From Deltaproteobacteria bacterium (GTDB lineage Bacteria; Desulfobacterota_D; UBA1144; Nemesobacterales; CSP1-2), in NCBI GenBank assembly GCA_016187835.1, contig JACPIY010000104.1:5327-69326 (forward strand): a stretch of DNA of 64,000 nucleotides. Direction: 5' to 3'. The stretch's first letter is position 1. Every line of letters begins with the position of its first letter. A model generated the notes under the pieces. That model was not told where the DNA came from. It did no database searches and saw only the letters and a list, made by a program, of their open reading frames with translations. Below, piece after piece: positions 1-10,024 of the stretch. The position numbers and the translations under genes are program-made.

Positions 1-1
1 C

Positions 2-760
2 ATAACAAAAGAACCAGAAGAAATTAAAAGTCACATTGGTTACATGTCCCAGAAATTTAGCCTTTATGAAGACTTAAGCGTTGAAGAAAATATTACATTC
101 TATGCACAGCTATATGGCGTGAACGGGAAAGAATTTCGGGGAAGACGGGATGAGTTGTTTGCACTAACCCACCTCGAACCCTACCTGAAGCAGCGGGCGG
201 GGTTGTTATCGGGTGGATGGAAACAAAGACTGGCGCTCGTCTGCGCAATGCTACACCAGCCCGAATTGATTTTTTTGGATGAGCCGACCGCAGGAATTGA
301 TCCTGTCGCACGGCGCGAATTATGGGATTTATTTTTTGAACTATCGGGGAAAGGCATTACTCTTTTTGTAACCACACATTACATGGATGAAGCCGAGCGG
401 TGCAGTCATGTCGGCTACATCTATCTAGGCAAGTTGATCGTAGTAGGTGCGCCGGACAAATTGAAGGAGTTGGCAGAAGTTAACCCAAGTGGGTATAAAA
501 GACTTGAAGTTAATTGTGAACCAGCTACCGAAAAAAAAAAAAAAATCAATCAGTTAAAAGGTGTGAGGGACGCCACAATCTTTGGACAGGCAATTCATTT
601 ACTCGTAGAAGAATCATTTAGTGAGCAAGAGCTACATAAGATTTTGGAAAGAGAGGGTTTAAAACATATTGAGATAAGATTAATACTTCCAAGCCTCGAA
701 GACGTTTTCGTATCGCTTACAAAATTAAAGGCAGAGAATACAAAAAATAATGGCAGCTAA
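2..760 (+). CDS. ABC transporter ATP-binding protein (5' partial, runs off window start)
   Basis: Frame open from base 2; ABC signature [15 protein letters not shown], Walker [14 protein letters not shown]-loop TTHYMDEA; ORF track 44..760. Confidence 0.85.
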   Translation: MTKEPEEIKSHIGYMSQKFSLYEDLSVEENITFYAQLYGVNGKEFRGRRDELFALTHLEPYLKQRAGLLSGGWKQRLALVCAMLHQPELIFLDEPTAGIDPVARRELWDLFFELSGKGITLFVTTHYMDEAERCSHVGYIYLGKLIVVGAPDKLKELAEVNPSGYKRLEVNCEPATEKKKKINQLKGVRDATIFGQAIHLLVEESFSEQELHKILEREGLKHIEIRLILPSLEDVFVSLTKLKAENTKNNGS

Positions 761-1883
761 AGCTAGGTTTCGCGGACTCAGGGGAATTTTATATAAAGAG
801 ATCTTGCAGTTGATGAGAGACCCCATAGCTCTCTTTTTTGCTTTTTTCCCTCCCCTAGTTCAAGTTATCATTTTTGGTTTTGCGATAGATACCGATATTA
901 AACATATACCCGCAGCCTTTTTTAATCAGGATCAACGTCGTGCCAGTCGCGAGTTCATCCAAGAACTAAAAAACACTCAGTATCTAGACTTTGTCACGGA
1001 AGCTCATTCCGAGAAAGAACTGGTCGGCGCATTAACGGGTGGAGGCACGTATGTTGGCATCAAGATACCACCTGATTTCTCAGACAATGTAGCTCAGGGT
1101 AAGCCCACGAATGTTTTGGTCTTAATTGACGGTTCGGATAACACAATCGCTTCTCAGGCACTTAATATAACAAGCAACGTAGCCCTAAGAAAATCATTAG
1201 AAGAACTACTAAAAAAATCCAATAAAACTATTAACGATATGCCACTAGATACTCGCCCTAAAATTCTTTATAACCCAGATTTACGAAGTCAAGACTTCTT
1301 CGTACCAGGGGTTATAGGTGTAGCCCTACAACTATCAACAATTATTCTTACCGCCTTTTCCATTGTTCGAGAAAGAGAACGGGGAACATTGGAGCAACTT
1401 ATGGTGACCCCGCTCTCCAAATTCGGCCTGCTCCTTGGAAAAATAATTCCATATACCGTACTTGCATTCGCTCTCGCTTGTTTCCTTTTCTTCATCATGG
1501 TTGTGATTTTCAAAGTGGATATAGCTGGAAGTGTTCTTCTTCTTGTGACGTTAACCGTGGTTTATATTTTTACAAACTTAAGTATCGGATTACTGATTTC
1601 TACTAGGGCTCTAACTCAGACGGAAGCAATACAGATGGCTGTGGCAACTCTTCTCCCTTCTATATTCCTTTCGGGCTATATTTTCCCTCGGTTTACAATG
1701 CCGGGTATTTTTTATGCCCTTAGTTTCCTTATTCCAACAACTTATTACATGAATATTCTACGCGGCATTATACTGCGGGATGCTGGGCCGGTAGATTTAG
1801 GTCTGGACATTATTGTACTGAGTTCAATTGGTATAGTACTTTTTCTTCTCGCCGTTAAGCGGTTCAAAAAACAGATCTCTTAG
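750..1883 (+). CDS. ABC-2 type transporter permease
   Basis: 377 aa; N-terminal cytoplasmic segment, large periplasmic loop and C-terminal 5-6 TM helices typical of ABC-2 permeases; 11-nt overlap with upstream ATPase gene. Confidence 0.8.
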   Translation: MAAKARFRGLRGILYKEILQLMRDPIALFFAFFPPLVQVIIFGFAIDTDIKHIPAAFFNQDQRRASREFIQELKNTQYLDFVTEAHSEKELVGALTGGGTYVGIKIPPDFSDNVAQGKPTNVLVLIDGSDNTIASQALNITSNVALRKSLEELLKKSNKTINDMPLDTRPKILYNPDLRSQDFFVPGVIGVALQLSTIILTAFSIVRERERGTLEQLMVTPLSKFGLLLGKIIPYTVLAFALACFLFFIMVVIFKVDIAGSVLLLVTLTVVYIFTNLSIGLLISTRALTQTEAIQMAVATLLPSIFLSGYIFPRFTMPGIFYALSFLIPTTYYMNILRGIILRDAGPVDLGLDIIVLSSIGIVLFLLAVKRFKKQIS

Positions 1884-1901
1884 CATGAGTTCGAGATAGT
1901 T

Positions 1902-3980
1902 TTATTTAGAGTTTATTTTTAGATTTTGAATCCTAAGGGAATTTCCCATAACAAAAAGACCGCTTATAATCATGGCAAGTGTTGCAATCACTGGTTTTAG
2001 AAGCCCCATTGCGGCAAGGCCTATTCCAATTGTGTTGTAAAAAAAAGCCCAGAAGAGGTTCTCTTTTATCTTACCTTGAGTTTTTTTTGCAAGTTTTAAA
2101 ACCCAAGGAATTTTTTTTAAATCATTCCCAAGCAAACTCGCATCCGCCGATTCACGGGTAATATCAACACCGCATCCAAGGGCTATTCCCACATCTGATG
2201 CGGCAAGTGCTGGAGCGTCGTTTATCCCGTCTCCGACCATAGCAGTAAGACCGTTTCTATTTTTCGATGCTTTGATTTCATTTACCTTATCCTGAGGAAG
2301 GAGTCCGCTTCTTACCTCAACTCCGAGATTCTTTGATAGAGCCTCACCAACAAACTTATCATCCCCCGTTATTACAAAAATATCTATGTCTAAGTCCCTT
2401 AAACTCAAAACAGCTTCTCCTGCTTCTTCCCTGAGTTCCTCGGAGAATCCCAGAATGCCTTTCACTTCTTGTCCCCAACCGCAGAAAGCCACCGTTTGTC
2501 CTTCTGATTCCAATCTTTTTTGTTCATTAACTATAGCTTCATTACGCACTAACCCTATTTTTTCCATGAATCTTCTACTACCTATATAAACAGTCTCGCC
2601 AAGTTCACCCACTTTTCCCTGAACTCCCATACCTGGACTAGCTCTAAATTCGGAGATCGGAATAAGTACGTAACCTTTTTTAGAAGCAAATTCACCTAAG
2701 CTTTTCCCTAATGGATGCTCGGAGGCAGATTCTAGAGAAGCACTAGTTGATATGAAATCTGATAAACTGATTCTCGAATTTGAATCAACAAAAACCGAAG
2801 AAATCTCCATCTTTCCCTTTGTAAGGGTACCCGTCTTATCAAAAAAGATTCTCTTTATATGAGAAAGCCTCTCCACAGTTTCTCCTGTTCGCAAAAGGAC
2901 TCCTTCTTTTGCAGCTCTTCCGAGAGCAACCCAGATTGCCATCGGAGCCGCAATCCCAAGTGCACATGGACAGGAGATAAGGAGGACGGAGAGTGAATTC
3001 ATAAGTGCAATGTTGATTCCCGATTTAAAACTCCAGAATATAAAAGTGAGAGCTGAAATCAGTATTGCGATGGGAATAAAAATCGCCGAAATTCTATCGG
3101 CTAATCTTTCAACCAGCGACCTTGACTTCCTTGCCTCTTCGAGGAGTTTAACAAGGCGGGATAGAATTCTTTCCTCTCCAACATCAGTCGCCTTGTATAT
3201 CAACATTCCGTCTATGTTTAAGGTACCTGAAATGACTCTGCATCCTTTTTCTTTAAAAACGGGCTTTGATTCTCCGGTAATCATGGATTCATCCACGCCG
3301 CCTTCTCCTTCGATTACCTCCCCATCCACAGCCAGACTCTCACCGGGGATAACTTTGACTATGTCTCCCTTTTGTAAGGACTGGCAGGAAACCTTTTTTT
3401 CAACTCCGTCTCTTATGATAGTTGCTTCTTTCGGACTGCGTTCCAGAAGCTCTTTTATTACGCTTGATGCCTGTGCTTTTGCGCTTGCTTCAAGAAATCT
3501 TCCCAATGTTACAAGCACAAGAATCATCGAAGCCGTATCAAAATAAACTTTTCCCTGAGACTTAAAAGTGGAAACGACAGAAAGAAGATATGCTGAGAAA
3601 GTTCCAACAACAATAAGAGTATCCATATTGAGCATGAATTCTGAGATTCCTTTTACCGAATTCCTTAAAATCGGGATTCCAAGAAAGATCATCACAGGAA
3701 TAGCGAGAACTAGCATAATGTAATTGACTTTTGAAGCGACACCTTCTTCAAAAGGGTAGAAGTAATCCGCATAACTCAGCACCATAACGTTCATGGAAAA
3801 AAATGCACCAAGCCCGAGTCTTGCGAGTATCCACAGGGCTTCTCCTTCTTCGCCTTTTTCACCGGTGATTTCGTGGGCAAGAACGCATCCGTAGCAACAG
3901 TATGATAGATTTTTCCGTAAGAGAGGTCTCTTAGGAAGCAGAAGTCCGCATTGATAGCAGGATTCAGCAGGTTTATTCAT
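1902..3980 (-). CDS. ccoI: P1B-type heavy-metal (copper) translocating ATPase, CcoI/FixI-like
   Basis: 692 aa; SCPCALGIAAP (CPC transport motif), DKTGTLT phosphorylation site, VGDGINDAPAL hinge; Cys-rich N-terminus CYQCG...CCYGC; sits downstream of the ccoNO genes. Confidence 0.85.
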   Translation of the reverse strand: MNKPAESCYQCGLLLPKRPLLRKNLSYCCYGCVLAHEITGEKGEEGEALWILARLGLGAFFSMNVMVLSYADYFYPFEEGVASKVNYIMLVLAIPVMIFLGIPILRNSVKGISEFMLNMDTLIVVGTFSAYLLSVVSTFKSQGKVYFDTASMILVLVTLGRFLEASAKAQASSVIKELLERSPKEATIIRDGVEKKVSCQSLQKGDIVKVIPGESLAVDGEVIEGEGGVDESMITGESKPVFKEKGCRVISGTLNIDGMLIYKATDVGEERILSRLVKLLEEARKSRSLVERLADRISAIFIPIAILISALTFIFWSFKSGINIALMNSLSVLLISCPCALGIAAPMAIWVALGRAAKEGVLLRTGETVERLSHIKRIFFDKTGTLTKGKMEISSVFVDSNSRISLSDFISTSASLESASEHPLGKSLGEFASKKGYVLIPISEFRASPGMGVQGKVGELGETVYIGSRRFMEKIGLVRNEAIVNEQKRLESEGQTVAFCGWGQEVKGILGFSEELREEAGEAVLSLRDLDIDIFVITGDDKFVGEALSKNLGVEVRSGLLPQDKVNEIKASKNRNGLTAMVGDGINDAPALAASDVGIALGCGVDITRESADASLLGNDLKKIPWVLKLAKKTQGKIKENLFWAFFYNTIGIGLAAMGLLKPVIATLAMIISGLFVMGNSLRIQNLKINSK

Positions 3981-3984
3981 CTTA

Positions 3985-4692
3985 TTAATGGGAGAAATGT
4001 CCCTTATACCCTAATTCAGAGACGTATGGTAAAAATGCTCGAGCAAGGGTTATTATCCCAAATATAACTATTACCAATCCCGGAACGCGGCTTATACTTG
4101 CTTTGAATCTCGGGGATAAAATTTCACCTAAATTCCCCAGGAGAAGCATAGTGGGAATCGTTCCCAAGCCCAGAGAAAGCATGGTTAATGCTCCTTTGTC
4201 TGGAGAACCGGATGCCGTGGCTTTAAATAGAAACGCATAAATAAGCGGGCAGGGGAGAAACCCGTTAAAAATTCCAAGATAAAACGGGGCGGCCAGGCTT
4301 TTATATCCAATTAAAGACGCCATTGCTTTTTTGAGGAACATATAAAAAGGGGTAGGACCGGGGATTGTTTTTTCGTTTAATATTCCAAGTATCTGAAGTC
4401 CTATCAGAACCATAAAAACCCCCGCGATGACTGAGACGATCACCTGCCCACTGAAAATCGTTTGCATCTCGTTAATCATAAGACTGAACGAACCGAATGC
4501 CGCCCCTAGAAATGTATATGTAAAAATTCTTCCAAAGTTATATAAAAGATGACTTGAGATTTTCCGTGTGGCGCTTCCTTTGGAAACAGATGCTATAGCA
4601 ATAGGAAAACCGCCACACATACCTATACAGTGAAACGAACCTACCATTCCGGCAACAAAAACAAGGATATATTCTATTAACATCAAATTCAC
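3985..4692 (-). CDS. DsbD_2/UreH-like polytopic membrane protein (HCxxMCGG motif), putative metal/thiol handling partner of CcoI
   Basis: 235 aa, ~6 predicted TM helices; motif SFHCIGMCGGF in TM1; 4-nt gap to ccoI. Confidence 0.5.
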   Translation of the reverse strand: MNLMLIEYILVFVAGMVGSFHCIGMCGGFPIAIASVSKGSATRKISSHLLYNFGRIFTYTFLGAAFGSFSLMINEMQTIFSGQVIVSVIAGVFMVLIGLQILGILNEKTIPGPTPFYMFLKKAMASLIGYKSLAAPFYLGIFNGFLPCPLIYAFLFKATASGSPDKGALTMLSLGLGTIPTMLLLGNLGEILSPRFKASISRVPGLVIVIFGIITLARAFLPYVSELGYKGHFSH

Positions 4693-4740
4693 GTAAATAG
4701 CAAAAAGTCTTGTCTTACTCTATCCAAAGAATTTGAGTTG

Positions 4741-5409
4741 TTACTCTTGTACTCGCAACTTCTCTAACTCTTCTGCCGTCCAGGGAGTTGTACGATCGGA
4801 AGTCTCTTTACGAATTTTATCTACCATATCCGGTGTGATTTCTTCTGCTGAGTTTCCCCAGCTCGTTCTTTCATGTGTAAGGACAGCAGCAATCTCCTCA
4901 TTTGAAAGCTTTGATCCCCATTCGGGCATGACGTTGTTATACGTCGTCCCTCTTACTTCTATAGAACCCTGTAGGCCGTTAAGTACAATGCGAATTGGAG
5001 TCTCAGGATCTTTGAGCAACCAATCTGATCCCGCCAGTGGAGGAAATGCACCAGGCAAACCCTGACCATTAGATTGATGGCATGCAGCGCAAACACTTGC
5101 ATAAACATGTGCCCCATCTACTGTAGGTTTTGTTTCCCCAGGCTTTGAAACTGTCGTCACTGGAGCTGCAGTTTTTCCTTCTTCTAATAAATGAACATAA
5201 GGACCGAATGTTCCTCCATATCGCCCCAGGTAAAATCCTGCCCAAAAGATAAGGAGAACAGAAATAATCCAGAGCCACCAGGGAGGGGGTTCAAGCCCTT
5301 CTCTTGGCTCCGGCGGTTCACGAAAAGCCTGCCGATGAAGATCATAGATGTCGTGTTTTTCTTCCTCAGGACGAAATCGCCATTCGGATTCCGGTCTTTT
5401 GTCACTCAT
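4741..5409 (-). CDS. membrane-anchored monoheme c-type cytochrome (CcoP-like third subunit)
   Basis: 222 aa; one TM helix (WWLWIISVLLIFWAGFYLG); single CAACH heme-binding site with downstream Met; overlaps ccoO stop by 8 nt. Confidence 0.6.
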   Translation of the reverse strand: MSDKRPESEWRFRPEEEKHDIYDLHRQAFREPPEPREGLEPPPWWLWIISVLLIFWAGFYLGRYGGTFGPYVHLLEEGKTAAPVTTVSKPGETKPTVDGAHVYASVCAACHQSNGQGLPGAFPPLAGSDWLLKDPETPIRIVLNGLQGSIEVRGTTYNNVMPEWGSKLSNEEIAAVLTHERTSWGNSAEEITPDMVDKIRKETSDRTTPWTAEELEKLRVQE

Positions 5410-6019
5410 TATTATTCACTTTTTGCTCAATCGAGTAAGTATGGTTGAGACTCACGAGATAAGCCACCAAATCAAGGGCCTCGTGAGTTGCTATTATAAC
5501 CTTACCTTCAGGAGCGAATTCCTCTGGCACTGGAACAACCCGTTCTCCTTTTGCAGCATAAACTTCTTTTGAAAATACTTCATCTTCTTTGAAAAGCCAG
5601 GGATAGGGAGGCATAATCGAACCAGGAGAAGTTGCTCTTGGGTCGTAGAGGTGAATTAAGTGCCAGTCTTCGCTCGGCTGCCGTGCTGCGATGTTAAAAA
5701 GATCCGGGCCGGTTCTCATTGTCCCTAGTAGATGAGGCTTGTCATAGACATAATCTCCGGGTACCGATGGTCTTCCCCAGCCGCGCTTTTGGTCTGCTCC
5801 AAATCCCTCTGGACGGGTCTGCTGGCTGTGACAGTAAATGCAACCCTCGCGTATGTAGATGGCTCTTCCGCGAAGTTGCTGGTCTTTATAAGGTTTTAAC
5901 GCAGAAGCGGGTTTTATTTCACGTATTTGAAGACCTGGAATCATTGTCAAGCCTGCCCACCCCAGGAATAGAGTAGCCAGCACACCCAAAAAGAATATCG
6001 AGGCCCTAATGTACATCAT
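5402..6019 (-). CDS. ccoO: cbb3-type cytochrome c oxidase subunit II (monoheme CcoO)
   Basis: 205 aa; N-terminal TM; RGRAIYIREGCIYCHSQQTRP closely matches the CcoO heme c site; 4-nt overlap with ccoN. Confidence 0.85.
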   Translation of the reverse strand: MMYIRASIFFLGVLATLFLGWAGLTMIPGLQIREIKPASALKPYKDQQLRGRAIYIREGCIYCHSQQTRPEGFGADQKRGWGRPSVPGDYVYDKPHLLGTMRTGPDLFNIAARQPSEDWHLIHLYDPRATSPGSIMPPYPWLFKEDEVFSKEVYAAKGERVVPVPEEFAPEGKVIIATHEALDLVAYLVSLNHTYSIEQKVNNNE

Positions 6020-7455
6020 CTAGTAGCTGCCTCCGGTTCTTCGCGCCAGGGTGGGGTCAGTCTTATTGCACCTTTACGGGTAACCATGAGAGTAAAAATA
6101 TAGATAAAGAACAGGTGTCCGATAAGAATAAGCACGCCTGCTATAGAGCGGGCTAAAAGATAAGGTTTTGTTATATTCACAGATTCTATAAAAGGTTGAG
6201 AAGCATCATTCATATAAAACCCCTGCAAAATTCCTCCAATGGTCAAAGATACTACGTACAATGCAATGCCCAAAGCTACAAACCAGAAATGGAATTTGAT
6301 GAGAACCGGATATGGCCATTCCCACTTCACCAGTCTGGGCATAATGTAGTAAATCGCTCCAAAAAGAATCATGGTAAAGAACGCATATAAACCGAGGTGC
6401 GCATGTCCTATGGTGTAATGAGTAAAATGGGAAACCTCACTGAAGGAGCGGAGAGCTTCTATGGAGCCCTGAAAGCTCACTGCAGTGTAGCACATGGCAC
6501 CAAAGACCACGAAGCGTAGAGTCGGGCTATATTTGAGTTTTTTAAAATGCCCAATCATAGTCAGGTGGTGATTAATCGCCACAGTAATAACCGGAATAAA
6601 CATAAGAACGCTTGCCACAATAGATGTGCTTATAAGCCAAGTAGGGAGAGGTCCGCCGACCAGATGATGTATACCGTTCCAATTGTAAAAGAGCGCGAAT
6701 GTCCAGAAGCCTAGTAGCGAAAGGTAGTAGCTATGTATAGGACGTCCTATTACCTTGGGAATAAAATAGTAAGCGGCGGCTAGTCCGGCAGGCGTGACCC
6801 AAACTGTTAAAAGATTATGTGCATACCACCAATTTGCAGCCGCTTGAGTCACTCCGGAATAAAAGGGCAGATTGGCTATAAGATAAAGAATAGGGAACCA
6901 GACGACGGATGCGAGCACATACCAGAGAGAAACATATATATGTTTTACTTGTCGCGCGTGAAAGGTACGTAGTATGGAAAGGGAAAGAGAAACAGCAGCA
7001 GGTGTAATCAGATAAACTGCTATTCTAGGAAATTCCAGCCATTCCATTCCCTGGGTATGTCCGCCAAGTATAGAGATTATTCCATACAATACACCCATAT
7101 TCCAAAGAAGAACCGAAATATATAAAAGCCTAGGCCAACCCACTTCTGTGCGACACAACCTGGCTGTGAGCCAAACATAGCAGCCTGCTATCGCCATCGA
7201 AGCCCAGCCGTAGATTACGGCATTTAAATGAGCAGGACGAACTCTACCAAAAGTGAGAGCGGGGATTGAACCTAGCCAGTCAGGAAAATTAAACTTTATT
7301 GAAGCAATAAGTCCAAAAACCGTTCCTATAAGCAGCCAAAATACGGCAGATGTAAAAAAGGCAATTACGGGGCCCGAGGCGGAAGCATCAGTTAATACAC
7401 GGGAAGTTAATTCAGGAGATTCGTTTATATTAAAAGTCTCCTGATCTGAATTCAT
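6016..7455 (-). CDS. ccoN: cbb3-type cytochrome c oxidase subunit I (CcoN)
   Basis: 479 aa, 12 TM; WWYAHNLL, YYFIPK, GIHHL and HFTHYTIGHAHLG histidine ligand motifs characteristic of CcoN. Confidence 0.9.
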   Translation of the reverse strand: MNSDQETFNINESPELTSRVLTDASASGPVIAFFTSAVFWLLIGTVFGLIASIKFNFPDWLGSIPALTFGRVRPAHLNAVIYGWASMAIAGCYVWLTARLCRTEVGWPRLLYISVLLWNMGVLYGIISILGGHTQGMEWLEFPRIAVYLITPAAVSLSLSILRTFHARQVKHIYVSLWYVLASVVWFPILYLIANLPFYSGVTQAAANWWYAHNLLTVWVTPAGLAAAYYFIPKVIGRPIHSYYLSLLGFWTFALFYNWNGIHHLVGGPLPTWLISTSIVASVLMFIPVITVAINHHLTMIGHFKKLKYSPTLRFVVFGAMCYTAVSFQGSIEALRSFSEVSHFTHYTIGHAHLGLYAFFTMILFGAIYYIMPRLVKWEWPYPVLIKFHFWFVALGIALYVVSLTIGGILQGFYMNDASQPFIESVNITKPYLLARSIAGVLILIGHLFFIYIFTLMVTRKGAIRLTPPWREEPEAATR

Positions 7456-7598
7456 ACCTCTCCTCTCTTTTGTAAGACTACACAGCCACTGATAAACACG
7501 AGTTTACATCAATTAATGTTCTGATGACAAATGATTTTTTCATTTCTGTCAATTTGTGGAAGCGCCGAGTCACTATCTGTGATTTTATATCTGTATAG

Positions 7599-7829
7599 CT
7601 AATCTCTCTTCTCAGTTGATTCCTCGGATTCAGGAAAACCAAAAGTGTTATCGGTCATTTTTCCAACGGGTTCTTCTTCATCGAAAATAGCATAAGCGCC
7701 GGAGCTTAAGTCTTTAAATTGCTTGCTACGTACAGCCCATAAAAAGGCAAACATCGCCATAGCTCCACCCAGAAGAGCTACAAGAATAAGAATAAGACCG
7801 GCTAAAGGAAGTGGCATAAGTGTTGCCAT
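7599..7829 (-). CDS. ccoS: cbb3-type oxidase maturation protein CcoS/FixS
   Basis: 76 aa; single TM followed by FLWAVRSKQFKDLSSGAYAIFDEEE, matching the FixS/CcoS signature (F-WA-RSGQ-DDL--A--I--DD). Confidence 0.7.
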   Translation of the reverse strand: MATLMPLPLAGLILILVALLGGAMAMFAFLWAVRSKQFKDLSSGAYAIFDEEEPVGKMTDNTFGFPESEESTEKRD

Positions 7830-8205
7830 CTATTTTACCCGCTTAGAAGAAACCTTAAAACTCATCAAAACTCATCTTATGAATCCAAATTATTTCCTGT
7901 GAATTCAGTTTGATTTCTGATTGATTTCGGATTATTTCCTAGTAGGAATTTCATACGGTAGGAGTTATCAGAGATTGAGTTCCGATCTTAACCAATGCAT
8001 AACTTGACAGAAGTGAATATCCAGATAAAATCTAAAAATCCTTTTTAGTCAATTGCTGAGAAGGGTAAAACCTCATAGGTTTTCGGTATTATACTAGGGT
8101 AACATAGATCATTTTCTAGCCTCTAGCCAGGTAGACAATTCAAAAAAATGGATAAAATAAAGGACATTGTGTGATGTCAACAGAGTGGAGGGTTTGATTT
8201 GCTTA

Positions 8206-9036
8206 ATGCTTAGATATTTGCCTGCTTTTAAAACCACAAAAATTTTATTTCTGACCTTCATTTTTCTTATTGCCTGTTCTTCTTTGTCCTACGCAATTAC
8301 AAATACACAAGATTTGAATGACGTAGGTGTTGATGAAAAACTAGGAGAGGCGATTCCCCTCGACCTAACATTTACTAATGAAGAGGGAAAGCCGGTAAAA
8401 CTTGGAGACTTCTTTGAAGAAGATAAACCGGTAATTTTAACTCTCGTGTATTACGAGTGTCCGAGGTTATGCACATTTATTTTAAATGGAGTTCTTGATG
8501 CAGTGAATGGGCTCTCTTCCCTCTCACTGGGAAAGGACTTCAAAATAGTAAGTGTAAGCTTCAATCCCGATGAATCATATCAACTGGCCGCGAAAAAAGC
8601 GAGTAATTACTATAAAGGATTAGAAAACAGTCACTTCCCCAAGGGAAATTGGCATTTTCTCACTGGAGACGAGGAAAATATAGGCAAGCTAACTCAGGCA
8701 GTAGGATTTAAATATAAGAAGGATGGAGAAGAATTTGCTCATCCTTCGACTATAATCATCCTAACTCCAAAAGGGGAAATATCACGCTATCTTTACGGTG
8801 TTCAGTATGAACCAAAAGACCTCAAACTTGCCCTTCTTGAAGCATCAAACGGGGAGATAGGTTCTTCTAGGATATTGAATAAAGTCTTGCTTTTTTGCTA
8901 CCACTTTGACCCGGTTGGGAAAAAATACGCCCTCCAGGCTCTGAATGTGGTAAAAGCCGGAGGTGTGGTAACGCTTTTATCTTTGGTCGGGTTGTTGACC
9001 TATTTCTGGAAAAAAGAGAAGAAAGAGTCCCAATAG
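8206..9036 (+). CDS. sco1: SCO1/SenC family copper chaperone
   Basis: Thioredoxin-like fold with CxxxC copper motif (YYECPRLCTFIL) and conserved His; ORF track start is a TTG at 8167, in-frame ATG at 8206 gives a signal-peptide-like N-terminus. Confidence 0.85.
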   Translation: MLRYLPAFKTTKILFLTFIFLIACSSLSYAITNTQDLNDVGVDEKLGEAIPLDLTFTNEEGKPVKLGDFFEEDKPVILTLVYYECPRLCTFILNGVLDAVNGLSSLSLGKDFKIVSVSFNPDESYQLAAKKASNYYKGLENSHFPKGNWHFLTGDEENIGKLTQAVGFKYKKDGEEFAHPSTIIILTPKGEISRYLYGVQYEPKDLKLALLEASNGEIGSSRILNKVLLFCYHFDPVGKKYALQALNVVKAGGVVTLLSLVGLLTYFWKKEKKESQ

Positions 9037-9058
9037 TACGGGGGGTTAGAAAAGAGAA

Positions 9059-9997
9059 ATGAATTGGCTTCCTGAACAGGCATCAGATTTTGCCGGTAGA
9101 GTGGATACCGTTATATGGTTTGTCACAATAATTTCACTAATATCTTTCATTCTTATTACGATTGGCCTAGTTTACTTTGCAATAAAATACAGGCGAAGGA
9201 GTGAAAACGACGAAACTCCTTATATAACCGGCAACCTCTTTCTTGAGATGTTATGGACGGTAATACCTTCGATTCTTGTAATGGTGATCTTCGTATATGG
9301 ATTTGTTGTCTATAGAGATATGAGAACACCTCCACAGGACGCTCTTGAAGTAAACGTTACGGGAAAACAGTGGCTCTGGCAGTTCCAGTATCAGAACGGC
9401 AAGTCTACAATTAACGAACTGTATGTTCAGCAAGACAAACCCGTGAAGGTGGTAATGAGGTCTGACGATGTTATCCACAGCTTTTTTGTCCCTGCCTTTA
9501 GGGTAAAGCAAGACCTGATTGGCGGGATGTACACATACCTCTGGTTCACTCCAACAAAGGTTGGGATTTTCGATCTGTACTGTGCCGAATACTGTGGAAC
9601 CGGACATTCGGCCATGTTGGGTAAAGTAATAGTTATGAGTCCAGAAGCATACGATAGATGGGAAAAAGGGGAAGAGGAAGAAGAAGGAAAAGCAGTTGCC
9701 GGTCTTCCTCCCGACCAACTGGGTGAAAAACTCTACAAGGAGAGGGGTTGTAATGCCTGCCACAGCATAGACGGGAGCACCCTCGTCGGTCCTACATGGA
9801 AAGGATTATTTGGTCACGAAGTAAGTTTGACAGACGGTTCAACAGTTACTGCAGATGAAAACTACATCAGACAATCAATATTAGAACCCCAAGCAAAAAT
9901 GGTAAAGGGATTTGGGCCTGTTATGCCGGCATTTAAAGGAATTCTGAGCGACGATGATGTTGCTGCAATAATTGCTTATATAAAAACTTTGAAATAA
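9059..9997 (+). CDS. ctaC: cytochrome c oxidase subunit II, caa3-type (CuA domain plus C-terminal cytochrome c domain)
   Basis: 312 aa; 2 N-terminal TM helices; CuA site HSFFVPAF...CAEYCGTGHSAM; C-terminal CNACH heme c motif. Confidence 0.9.
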   Translation: MNWLPEQASDFAGRVDTVIWFVTIISLISFILITIGLVYFAIKYRRRSENDETPYITGNLFLEMLWTVIPSILVMVIFVYGFVVYRDMRTPPQDALEVNVTGKQWLWQFQYQNGKSTINELYVQQDKPVKVVMRSDDVIHSFFVPAFRVKQDLIGGMYTYLWFTPTKVGIFDLYCAEYCGTGHSAMLGKVIVMSPEAYDRWEKGEEEEEGKAVAGLPPDQLGEKLYKERGCNACHSIDGSTLVGPTWKGLFGHEVSLTDGSTVTADENYIRQSILEPQAKMVKGFGPVMPAFKGILSDDDVAAIIAYIKTLK

Positions 9998-10024
9998 GGT
10001 CTGTATGTAAGGAGGAGAATTGTC

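Noticed and set aside
93-375. Antisense ORFs 93..311 and 181..375 within the ABC ATPase gene
   Set aside because: Entirely embedded opposite a CDS with strong family motifs; Arg/Pro-rich low-complexity translation typical of spurious antisense frames.
3010-3546. 178-aa ORF on plus strand inside ccoI
   Set aside because: Antisense to a well-supported P-type ATPase gene; Ser/Thr/Pro-rich translation with no motifs.
7830-8205. FNR/ANR box (TTGAT-N4-ATCAA) in the cbb3/sco1 divergent region
   Set aside because: Searched by eye; only TTGAT...ATTGA-like fragments with wrong spacing were found, so no site is called.
9251-9763. 170-aa minus-strand ORF inside cytochrome oxidase subunit II gene
   Set aside because: Antisense to a CDS carrying CuA and heme c motifs; no independent support.
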